14,771 nucleotides of DNA from NCBI GenBank assembly GCA_039802265.1, contig JBDRWI010000057.1, positions 1 to 14,771 on the forward strand, written 5' to 3'. The translations under genes and the position numbers were made by a program. This document shows, one piece after another, positions 8,094 to 14,771 of the stretch (its first letter is position 1; every line of letters begins with the position of its first letter). The notes under the pieces are model-generated. The model made no database searches and had not been told where the DNA came from. It worked only from the letters and a program-made list of their open reading frames with translations. Source of the DNA: a candidate division WOR-3 bacterium. GTDB lineage: Bacteria > Hydrothermota > Tepidihabitantia > SM23-42 > JAOAFX01.

Positions 8094-11000
8094 ATGAAAA
8101 AGTTTTTAGAATTATCATTAATTTTTGCAATCCCTTTTTTCATATCGGGTGAGGGGATTACTGGTATAAAAAGATTAAGATATGTTGACCCATATGATGT
8201 CCAGATGACATCGTATCAGGAATGGTCCGCAAAAACGAGGATAACAGAGGGGCAATTCAAAATTGGGGAGGCGTACCGAACAAAATTCAGAGCTTCACGC
8301 CTTCCCATGGTTGATATTGTAGTCTATGCCCCACTTTACACCAATATTCTTGATTCTTTAAACCTCTACATTACCGACCTTGAAGCAGAAAATTATAATG
8401 TTCGTGTTGATACAATCCGTGGCTGGCAGGCATCGCAATTGAGGAATCATCTCGCATCACTAATAGATAGCCAGCTCGTTGGTGCGGTATTCATTGGGAA
8501 TGTTCCTGTCGCCTGGTATGAATATGAATCGACCGAAGGACGCGAGGAGTTTCCAATTGAATTGTATTTTATGGATTTAAACGGGACCTGGGTTGATTCG
8601 GATAATGATGGTCTTTATGACGACCATACCGGCAATAAAGCCCCTGAAATATATGTTGGAAGAATTTACGCCGACCCAGTAACCTGGGGAAATGAAATAT
8701 GGCTTGTTAATAATTATCTATCCAAAATTCATAAATACCGCACCAGTGGTTTTGGCATTCCGCAAAAGGCACTTGCCTATGTAGATGATGATTGGTATAG
8801 TTTTAATAATTGTAATCTGAATTTACTCTATGACACTGTCGTCGTAGTTCGGCAATACAATACCACTACCGCAGCAGATTTTCGCCAGCGTCTTGATGAC
8901 CCCTATGAATGGGTTCAAATCTGCAGCCATTCATCACCCTGGGGAAATACATTTAAAAATACATCCGGATATGCAGGCACAGTATTTAATTTTGAACTCT
9001 GGTTTGCTGACCCACCATTCCTTTTCTTAAATCTTTTCCAATGCGCAGGAACAAGATTTATTGAAGAAAATTCTGAAGGGAGTTGTTACATATTCAATAC
9101 CACAAATGGCCTTCTTGCTATCGGCTCTACCAAGGTTGGAAGTATGCTAAATTTCAGCGGTTTTTACGGTCCTTTAAACACGGGCATAACTGTAGGTCAG
9201 GCATTCAAACAATGGTTCACTCAGTACGGAATCAACGATGTTGATTGGTTCTATGGGATGTGTATCATTGGCGACCCAACCCTGAAGCCAAAAAGAACCG
9301 GGATGAAGGTTATAAGTCAACATCGCAATTTTAATCCAATATTACCTTCCTCTAACTGGTCAAATCCGGCACCGGTTGATACCCATCCGGAAACTGATGC
9401 CTTTGTAACTGTGGCAATTGATGGCTCAAGGAGATTGTGGTGTGCCTGGGCAACCGGACGTTCAGTAACAAATGGCAGAACAGAAATCATTGCATCATAT
9501 TATATGAATGGTAACTGGGCACCAGCACAGATTGTGCGACCATATCTTTACTGGGATTTTTTCCCTTCAATGTCCACAGATTTACAGGGCAATCCTTATC
9601 TCACCTGGCAACGGGCTTATGGAAGGAATTATGATATTTTCGGAAGTGTATATGTCAACAATCAATGGGGAACTGAAGAACAGTTAAGCTCTAAGGCATC
9701 AAATGATATGTATCCAGCAATGACCAGGGATGGCGATGGAAGAATGTGGGTCTGTCTTGAACGATGGACACATTTAAATGGTGATATTTATTGCCGTTAT
9801 TTTGATGGAACCACCTGGCAGCCAATGTTTGCGGTAACAACAGACTCAGCCAATGATTATCGTCCCGCAATGGCTACTGATAGCAATGGAATCGCTTGGG
9901 TAACATGGTGTAGTGAGCGTTATCAGTATAATCGAAATATCTATGTGAAAAGATATAATCCAAATACTGGTCATTGGGAAGGGTTATATCGCATCACGAG
10001 CAATCCTGCCCAAGACCAAGATCCTAAGATTGCTGTGTCTGGAGATGGTATGATATGGGTTGTTTGGACCTCCTGGCGCAACGGGAATACAGATATTTAC
10101 GAAAGCCACTACAATGGTTCAACCTGGTCCAATGCCCGCGCAGTTGTTGCTGACCCAAACCGTGATGAACATCCGGTGCTTGTTGTAGATCGAGATGGTT
10201 ATCTATGGTGTATCTGGCAATCCGATAGAACCGGTGATTGGGAAATATGGGCAAAATACTATAAAAATGGTGCATGGGGAGATTCAATGGTAATAAGTAA
10301 TAATTTAGCCCGGGATATATTCCCCAGTGCAGTAGTAGATGATTCTGGCTATATCTGGGTCTTCTGGCAATCAAATCGAAGAGGAAACTGGGATATTTAT
10401 TATAGCAAACTCCATTCTGACCTTGTTGAGCCTCAGGTCACTGTGATTACTCCCAATGGGGGAGAAATCTGGAACATAGGACAAACTTATACGATTCGAT
10501 GGATTGCCCAGGATAATGTAGCAATTGATTCCGCAGTCATTGAATATTCGACTGATAACGGTAATAATTGGAGTTATATAACTACATCATTCGGTAATGA
10601 CTCAACCTATCTCTGGACTATACCACCTACTCCGTCAACGCGATGCCTTGTTCGTATCAGCGCGTTTGATAGAAATGCCAACATTGGGAGAGATTTATCT
10701 AATGCAACCTTCACAATCTATGACCCGATAGCACCTGAAGTCAGTGTGCTCATTCCTAATGGTGGTGAAATATGGTACTGGAATGAATTACATCAAATTC
10801 GCTGGAATTCAAGCGATAATATTGGTATAGACAGTCTAAACATCTATCTTTCCATTGATAGTGGTCTCACCTATCCATACCGGATTTCTCATTTCAATAC
10901 AAATGATTCTATTTATAATTGGATAATACCCCAGGTGAATTCTAATAAGTGTCTGATTAAGGTGCTTGCCTATGACCATTCTGCAAATACGGGTTGTGAT

Positions 11001-11324
11001 GCGAGTGATAATTGTTTTACCATTGGTGCAGTCGGTGCCGAAGAATATACCAATTTGCCCACACAATTCTTCTTAAACTTCCTCTCTCCCAACCCTTCCA
11101 GTGTTGGTCCGTTGCTCCAGTTAGCAATTCCCCACCCAACATTGGTAACAATGAAACTCTACGATATAATGGGGAAATGTGTTTATTCTATAGCAAATGA
11201 AATCCTTTCCCCCGGGTATCACTGCTACGACCTTGGAAAACAAAAATTATCTGCCGGTATTTACTTCATCTCGGTCCAAACAAATGAATTTTCAACCATA
11301 AGGAAAATTGTAATTATGAAATGA
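8094..11324 (+). CDS. C25-like cysteine peptidase domain + beta-propeller-like repeats + two Ig-like domains + T9SS-like CTD
   Basis: Motifs VFIGNVP, PEIYVGRI, putative catalytic His in ICSHS (8928-8930), Cys in NLFQC (9042-9044) and IIGDPTL. About seven repeats of P-x-[MI]-x-x-D-x-x-G-x-x-WVxW...[GN]-x-DIY. Two PxVxVxxPNGGEIW...DNxxIDS domains. CTD motifs PNP, LYDIMGK and LSAGIYFI. RBS AAGGGGG upstream. Confidence 0.8.
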   Translation: MKKFLELSLIFAIPFFISGEGITGIKRLRYVDPYDVQMTSYQEWSAKTRITEGQFKIGEAYRTKFRASRLPMVDIVVYAPLYTNILDSLNLYITDLEAENYNVRVDTIRGWQASQLRNHLASLIDSQLVGAVFIGNVPVAWYEYESTEGREEFPIELYFMDLNGTWVDSDNDGLYDDHTGNKAPEIYVGRIYADPVTWGNEIWLVNNYLSKIHKYRTSGFGIPQKALAYVDDDWYSFNNCNLNLLYDTVVVVRQYNTTTAADFRQRLDDPYEWVQICSHSSPWGNTFKNTSGYAGTVFNFELWFADPPFLFLNLFQCAGTRFIEENSEGSCYIFNTTNGLLAIGSTKVGSMLNFSGFYGPLNTGITVGQAFKQWFTQYGINDVDWFYGMCIIGDPTLKPKRTGMKVISQHRNFNPILPSSNWSNPAPVDTHPETDAFVTVAIDGSRRLWCAWATGRSVTNGRTEIIASYYMNGNWAPAQIVRPYLYWDFFPSMSTDLQGNPYLTWQRAYGRNYDIFGSVYVNNQWGTEEQLSSKASNDMYPAMTRDGDGRMWVCLERWTHLNGDIYCRYFDGTTWQPMFAVTTDSANDYRPAMATDSNGIAWVTWCSERYQYNRNIYVKRYNPNTGHWEGLYRITSNPAQDQDPKIAVSGDGMIWVVWTSWRNGNTDIYESHYNGSTWSNARAVVADPNRDEHPVLVVDRDGYLWCIWQSDRTGDWEIWAKYYKNGAWGDSMVISNNLARDIFPSAVVDDSGYIWVFWQSNRRGNWDIYYSKLHSDLVEPQVTVITPNGGEIWNIGQTYTIRWIAQDNVAIDSAVIEYSTDNGNNWSYITTSFGNDSTYLWTIPPTPSTRCLVRISAFDRNANIGRDLSNATFTIYDPIAPEVSVLIPNGGEIWYWNELHQIRWNSSDNIGIDSLNIYLSIDSGLTYPYRISHFNTNDSIYNWIIPQVNSNKCLIKVLAYDHSANTGCDASDNCFTIGAVGAEEYTNLPTQFFLNFLSPNPSSVGPLLQLAIPHPTLVTMKLYDIMGKCVYSIANEILSPGYHCYDLGKQKLSAGIYFISVQTNEFSTIRKIVIMK

Positions 11325-12916
11325 TTAGATTTACCTTTTTGTTATCATTCATCTTGCACCTTGTATCCGGTGTCTTCTTAATTGACCCTCGTTATCACAC
11401 ATACGAAGAAGCAGTTCAAGAACTTGATTCAATTGCAACCCTCTATCCTACCATTACAAAACTTTTTAATCTCGGGCTTTCAACCCGCGATAGTTTACCT
11501 ATTTGGGGTATAAAGATTTCGGACAATCCCGCAATAAAAGAAGATGAACCAACAATTCTATTTAATGGAATCCACCATGCCGAAGAATTACTTGGATGTG
11601 AAGTCTGCTTGTATCTTCTAAATGACCTCGTGAGTAAATATGGTATTGATTCAGCAATCACCTACTGGATAAATAATGCGGAAATCTGGATAATTCCAAT
11701 TTTAAATCCAGAAGGGCATAATGTTGTGATGAATGGAATTGATACAATATGGCGGAAGAATAAAAGGGATAATAACAATAACGGTTTTTTTGACCCTGAT
11801 TCCGACGGTGTTGACTTAAATCGCAACTACGATTTTAACTGGGAACAAGGTGGAAGTTCGAATCCCGGTGACGAATACTATCGCGGTCCATATCCATTTT
11901 CTGAAAATGAAACAAGAATTGTAAGAAACCTGGCATTTCAGAATCACTTTGTCTTTGATATCTGTTACCACTGTGCCCGGACCGGTCAGGGTGAATTGGT
12001 CTATTATCCCTGGCGCTGGGGAAATCAATTTGCAATTGATCACCCATTTATAAAAAGAATTGCTGATACCCTTGCCTCAAAGATAATAAATGATGCTGGA
12101 AACGGAACCTATGTTCCAATTTATGGTTATGCGACAGAAGGAAATGCAAGAAATTATCTCTATGGGGTATGCGGCACATTTGCCTATACAATTGAGGTAA
12201 GCAGAAGTTGTTATCCACCTGGTTATAAGGTTGATAGCATCTGTATGAGAAATCTTCCTGGCGCATATTATTTACTTGAAAGAACGTTCGGTTCAAGTAT
12301 CACCGGCACAATTACTGATTCAATCACAAACGAACCGATTGTAGCAGAAGTAAGAATTATCGGCTATTATGATTCTACACTTGCATCAAGAATGAGCGAT
12401 TCATTATTCGGTAGATACCGAAGAATTTTGAATCCCGGTACATATTCATTACAATTCAGAAAACAGGGATATGACACAATCACAATAAGCAATGTTGTAG
12501 TACTGCCAGGTATCCCTACAATACTTAATGTAAAAATGAGTCCATTAGGAATTGAAGAATCAGCAATTTCGCAATCCGCAATCCGAAATCCGAAATTAGA
12601 AATCTATCCCAATCCATTCAGAAATCACTGCGTAATTAAGTACCAAATCCCCAATCCCAAATCCCAAACAAATTCCAATTCCCAAATTCCAAATAAAAAT
12701 CTTGCTACTTACTACCCTCTACTCTCTACTCTAAAAATCTACGATGCAACAGGCGAGTTGGTTAGACTATGGGACTATCAGACCATCAGACAATCAGACC
12801 ATGTTGTCTGGAGTACTAAAGACAACACCGGTCGCAGACTTTCTGCTGGAGTATATTTCATTCAGTTTGAATGTGAGAATTATAGGAAGGTAGAGAAGGT
12901 GGTCCTTCTGGAGTAA
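11321..12916 (+). CDS. M14 family zinc carboxypeptidase with carboxypeptidase-regulatory-like domain and T9SS/FlgD-like CTD
   Basis: HAEE (HxxE zinc motif), NPEG, WRKN, GVDLNRNY, FSENET, third ligand His in ICYH and catalytic Glu in YTIE. ITGTITDSITNEPI beta-sandwich follows. ATGA overlap with the upstream gene suggests translational coupling. Confidence 0.92.
   Translation: MIRFTFLLSFILHLVSGVFLIDPRYHTYEEAVQELDSIATLYPTITKLFNLGLSTRDSLPIWGIKISDNPAIKEDEPTILFNGIHHAEELLGCEVCLYLLNDLVSKYGIDSAITYWINNAEIWIIPILNPEGHNVVMNGIDTIWRKNKRDNNNNGFFDPDSDGVDLNRNYDFNWEQGGSSNPGDEYYRGPYPFSENETRIVRNLAFQNHFVFDICYHCARTGQGELVYYPWRWGNQFAIDHPFIKRIADTLASKIINDAGNGTYVPIYGYATEGNARNYLYGVCGTFAYTIEVSRSCYPPGYKVDSICMRNLPGAYYLLERTFGSSITGTITDSITNEPIVAEVRIIGYYDSTLASRMSDSLFGRYRRILNPGTYSLQFRKQGYDTITISNVVVLPGIPTILNVKMSPLGIEESAISQSAIRNPKLEIYPNPFRNHCVIKYQIPNPKSQTNSNSQIPNKNLATYYPLLSTLKIYDATGELVRLWDYQTIRQSDHVVWSTKDNTGRRLSAGVYFIQFECENYRKVEKVVLLE
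12566..12803 (+). repeat. Four repeat families inside the M14 CTD
   Basis: AATCCG(C/A) array 12566-12593; AAATCCC/AAATTCC array ~12638-12690; CTACTTA-CTACCCT-CTACTCT-CTACTCT 12705-12732; octamers AGACTATG-GGACTATC-AGACCATC-AGACAATC-AGACCATG 12764-12803. Confidence 0.9.
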
Positions 12917-12944
12917 CGATTTTATTTCCTTCATTTTTCAATCT

Positions 12945-12973
12945 TTGACATTTTAAAAAAAATTGAATATAAT
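12945..12973 (+). promoter_or_regulatory. Consensus sigma70 promoter
   Basis: TTGACA (12945-12950), 17-bp spacer, TATAAT (12968-12973). RBS AAGGAGGT at 12988-12995. Confidence 0.85.
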
Positions 12974-12998
12974 TATTTTAGCGAACAAAGGAGGTAAA

Positions 12999-13178
12999 AT
13001 GAAAAATTTAAAATACGTGGCTTTTGTGATAAGTATTATCACAATGATTCTTGCCGTTGTTGCTCGTTTATTCTTTCCAGAAAAGGCTTTATTCGGTCTT
13101 GCTGCGCTCACTTATTTGCGTTTAACAATGACAATGTTACTGTTTACGCTGGCTTGCCATTTCTTATTCACTAAATAA
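12999..13178 (+). CDS. Small (59 aa) hypothetical membrane protein with two predicted TM helices
   Basis: Consensus promoter and RBS precede ATG 12999. Two hydrophobic stretches. A hairpin follows the stop codon. Confidence 0.8.
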   Translation: MKNLKYVAFVISIITMILAVVARLFFPEKALFGLAALTYLRLTMTMLLFTLACHFLFTK

Positions 13179-13208
13179 AAAAGGGCAGAATAATCTGCCC
13201 TCAAATTT
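13177..13208. terminator. Intrinsic terminator between convergent genes (possibly bidirectional)
   Basis: Stem AGGGCAGA (13182-13189), loop ATAA, stem TCTGCCCT (13194-13201). The A-tract on the left is a U-tract for the minus-strand transcript. Confidence 0.8.
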
Positions 13209-13224
13209 CTTTATAAACCGTTCA

Positions 13225-13557
13225 TTATCCTCCTGTCTGGGGCGGTTTTAATGCCCTTGTGTTTTCTTCAATAGCAAGTATAACAAGTATCATATCTGCT
13301 GCAGCGAGGAGACTGACAAAAGCAAGGGCACCATAGATTAAAACGAAAAACGCCATACCGATTCCACCGAAGGCACCTAAAGAACCCAACCCTCCATAGC
13401 CGCCATAACCACCATAGCCCCTGCCCATCATACTGCCCATTGCTGCGCCACCGATAAGCATAACAATAAATCCGATAATGGTAAGCACTGCAACAATCCA
13501 GGCAAGGATTTTAAAGATTACTGATATAATCCTCAGCGCTGTAAATTTTTTCTCCAT
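13225..13557 (-). CDS. Hypothetical membrane protein (110 aa), two TM regions with a Gly/Tyr-rich loop
   Basis: Start MEKKFTALR follows RBS AAGGGGGT (complement of 13561-13568). Hydrophobic helices, a GYGGYGGYGG loop and a C-terminal LAIEENTR. Confidence 0.8.
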   Translation of the reverse strand: MEKKFTALRIISVIFKILAWIVAVLTIIGFIVMLIGGAAMGSMMGRGYGGYGGYGGLGSLGAFGGIGMAFFVLIYGALAFVSLLAAADMILVILAIEENTRALKPPQTGG

Positions 13558-13576
13558 TATACCCCCTTGATGAATA

Positions 13577-13604
13577 ATAATACGCAAAATATTTGAGAAG
13601 TCAA
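13577..13604 (-). promoter_or_regulatory. Sigma70-like promoter for the minus-strand membrane gene
   Basis: On the minus strand: TTGACT (13604-13599), 16-bp spacer, TATTAT (13582-13577). Confidence 0.55.
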
Positions 13605-13618
13605 TAAGCAATTTTATT

Positions 13619-13648
13619 TTCCTTTAGAAAAGTGGATTAAGGGGATCT
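13619..13648 (+). repeat. Degenerate copy of a CCCCTTT..AAAGGGGG..AGGGGGAT-type interspersed repeat
   Basis: TTCCTTTAGAAAAGTGGATTAAGGGGATCT resembles 13967-13999. Confidence 0.55.
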
Positions 13649-13659
13649 GCTTACACAAC

Positions 13660-13682
13660 GCATCAGCAAGCTGATGCACTCC
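13660..13682 (-). repeat. GGAG-type REP-like palindrome
   Basis: On the minus strand: GGAG-T-GCATCAGC-TT-GCTGATGC. Confidence 0.65.
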
Positions 13683-13805
13683 AAAAAATCGGCTATCGTT
13701 ATACGGTTTCGCTACCAGTTTTGTTATACGGTCTCGTATATTGGCTAAGTTTTTACTAATTAAAAAATAAGAATCAATGAACTTGCGCTCGTAATGGCAA
13801 TCCAC
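13683..13805 (-). pseudogene. Possible truncated RelE/ParE-like toxin fragment
   Basis: HYERKFIDSY...IRDRITKLVAKPY resembles the N-terminal half of RelE-fold proteins (recalled pattern only). No good RBS, an in-frame TAG lies just upstream, and the 3' end runs into repeats. Confidence 0.3.
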
Positions 13806-13866
13806 TCTAAACTACAAACTAATTACCATACCAGCATCCCAACCCATAAACCAATAACCATTTTTT

Positions 13867-13951
13867 GTAGTGGTCAAGCCTGGTTGAGTTCTCTGTAGTG
13901 GTCAAGCTTGCTTGACATTTGACTCTTTTGCAGAGTAAACTCTGCCACTAC
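13867..13951. repeat. Cluster of three GTAG-type REP-like elements including an inverted doublet (REPIN/BIME-like)
   Basis: GTAGTGGTCAAGCCTGGTTGAG (13867-13888, imperfect); GTAGTG-GTCAAGC-TT-GCTTGAC (13895-13916); minus strand GTAGTG-GCAGAGT-TT-ACTCTGC (13951-13930). Confidence 0.8.
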
Positions 13952-13962
13952 AAAAGATTTTA

Positions 13963-13999
13963 ATCTCCCCTTTAGTAAAAGGGGGATTAAGGGGGATTT
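13963..13999 (+). repeat. CCCCTTT-N-AAAGGGGG-N-AGGGGGAT hairpin repeat
   Basis: ATCTCCCCTTTAGTAAAAGGGGGATTAAGGGGGATTT: the C-tract can pair with either of two G-tracts. Confidence 0.7.
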
Positions 14000-14188
14000 G
14001 ATCAAACACTGTCGTGGTTATTGGGTTAAGGGCATGTCAGCCTGTAATAATAAAAATTTATTTCCATCCCGCAGCGAGAAGGGTCCTGGAAAAAGTCGTG
14101 CTATTCGGACACTTTTTAACATTCTGACACAGGAAGTATAAGTTGAAAAAGGTTAATTTACATTCAACTCGATTAGATAAAAAAATCA

Positions 14189-14216
14189 TTGACACAAAAA
14201 AATATTTATATATAAT
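14189..14216 (+). promoter_or_regulatory. Sigma70 promoter of the secretin gene
   Basis: TTGACA (14189-14194), 16-bp spacer, TATAAT (14211-14216). RBS AAGGGGG at 14224-14230. Confidence 0.8.
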
Positions 14217-14234
14217 TACTAAGAAGGGGGTAAA

Positions 14235-14771
14235 ATGAAATCAAACAATCTTAAATCCGTCATTCTTCTATTCGTCATAATTTCTTTTATACCTGCCCAA
14301 ATGCAAACTGTTAAGCAGGATTTACATACTGCTGTTTTATCGTTAAAATTTATTTCACCGGCTGAACTTGTTGATAATCTTCTAAAACAAAGACAATTGG
14401 ATGATAATTATATTCTTAAAACAAAACAGGGTGATGTCAAACTTCTTGTCAATAACTCAACAAATCAATTATTGCTCACCGGAGACTCAATTTCGATTTC
14501 TGAAGCAAAAAATATGATTGAATTTTTAGATGTGGCACCAAGGCAGATTGTGGTCGAAGCCAAAATAGTAGAACTCAATAATTCAAGAATGAAGGAATTG
14601 GGTTTTGATTGGCAGAAATTTTTGGATAACACAAGAATCGGCGAGCAACTATCGGTTGATGCATATCAAGTGAAAAGGCAATATCAGGGTAACGAAGCCG
14701 AAGAAAAAAGCATTCATACTGCGTTAAACGGCTTTATCCAGCATACCATATCTATTGGTGACCTATTAAAA
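14235..14771 (+). CDS. Secretin (GspD/PilQ family outer-membrane channel), 5' part; runs off the window
   Basis: Manual translation is open for 179 codons: signal-like MKSNNLKSVILLFVIISFIPA, an N-domain (LSLKFISPAEL...NNSTNQLLLTGD...AKNMIEFLD) and the secretin signature LDVAPRQIVVEAKIVE...MKELGFDW. Confidence 0.88.
   Translation, partial: MKSNNLKSVILLFVIISFIPAQMQTVKQDLHTAVLSLKFISPAELVDNLLKQRQLDDNYILKTKQGDVKLLVNNSTNQLLLTGDSISISEAKNMIEFLDVAPRQIVVEAKIVELNNSRMKELGFDWQKFLDNTRIGEQLSVDAYQVKRQYQGNEAEEKSIHTALNGFIQHTISIGDLLK

Noticed and set aside
523..12296. Short overlapping or antisense ORFs (523, 1134, 1685, 4153, 6326, 10024, 10836, 11012, 11443, 11816, 11835, 12048)
   Set aside because: They overlap well-supported long CDSs and show no recognisable motifs; they are shadow ORFs.
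4569..12620. Exact 8000-bp spacing of the two identical 52-bp blocks
   Set aside because: The other CTD spacings are irregular, so this is a coincidence.
1..12803. CRISPR array
   Set aside because: The repeats are 7-8 bp tandem units inside genes, with no regular repeat-spacer pattern and no cas genes.
12963..13611. ORF-track starts at 12963 (+) and 13611 (-)
   Set aside because: Both extensions run through predicted promoters; the RBS-supported starts are 12999 and 13557.
14034..14130. IS-end or MITE relic (TGTCAG...CTGACA; AAAAAGT...ACTTTTT)
   Set aside because: The inverted repeats are only 6-7 bp in AT-rich DNA, with no transposase or target duplication; chance cannot be excluded.

Overview
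AT-rich bacterial window. Bases 1-12916 hold a tandem (+) array of six genes for secreted proteins, each ending in a T9SS type-A/FlgD-Ig-like C-terminal domain (CTD; YPNPF...IYDxxGRxV...GxYF). In order: the frameshifted 3' end of an upstream gene, an Asp-box/YCF48-like beta-propeller, two paralogous peptidase C25 (gingipain-fold) proteins, a third C25-like protein with propeller and Ig domains, and an M14 zinc carboxypeptidase. Next come two small convergent membrane-protein genes, a ~0.5 kb repeat-rich intergenic region and the 5' part of a secretin gene that the ORF track missed. Sigma70-type promoters and Shine-Dalgarno sites point to a non-Bacteroidota FCB-like lineage (WOR-3-like; inference). 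The most striking signal is that five of the six CTDs carry 7-bp and 8-bp tandem DNA repeats of several families, plus one GTAG-REP hairpin, inside the coding sequence at three fixed slots. The CTDs of unrelated cargo proteins are also near-identical mosaics at the DNA level.
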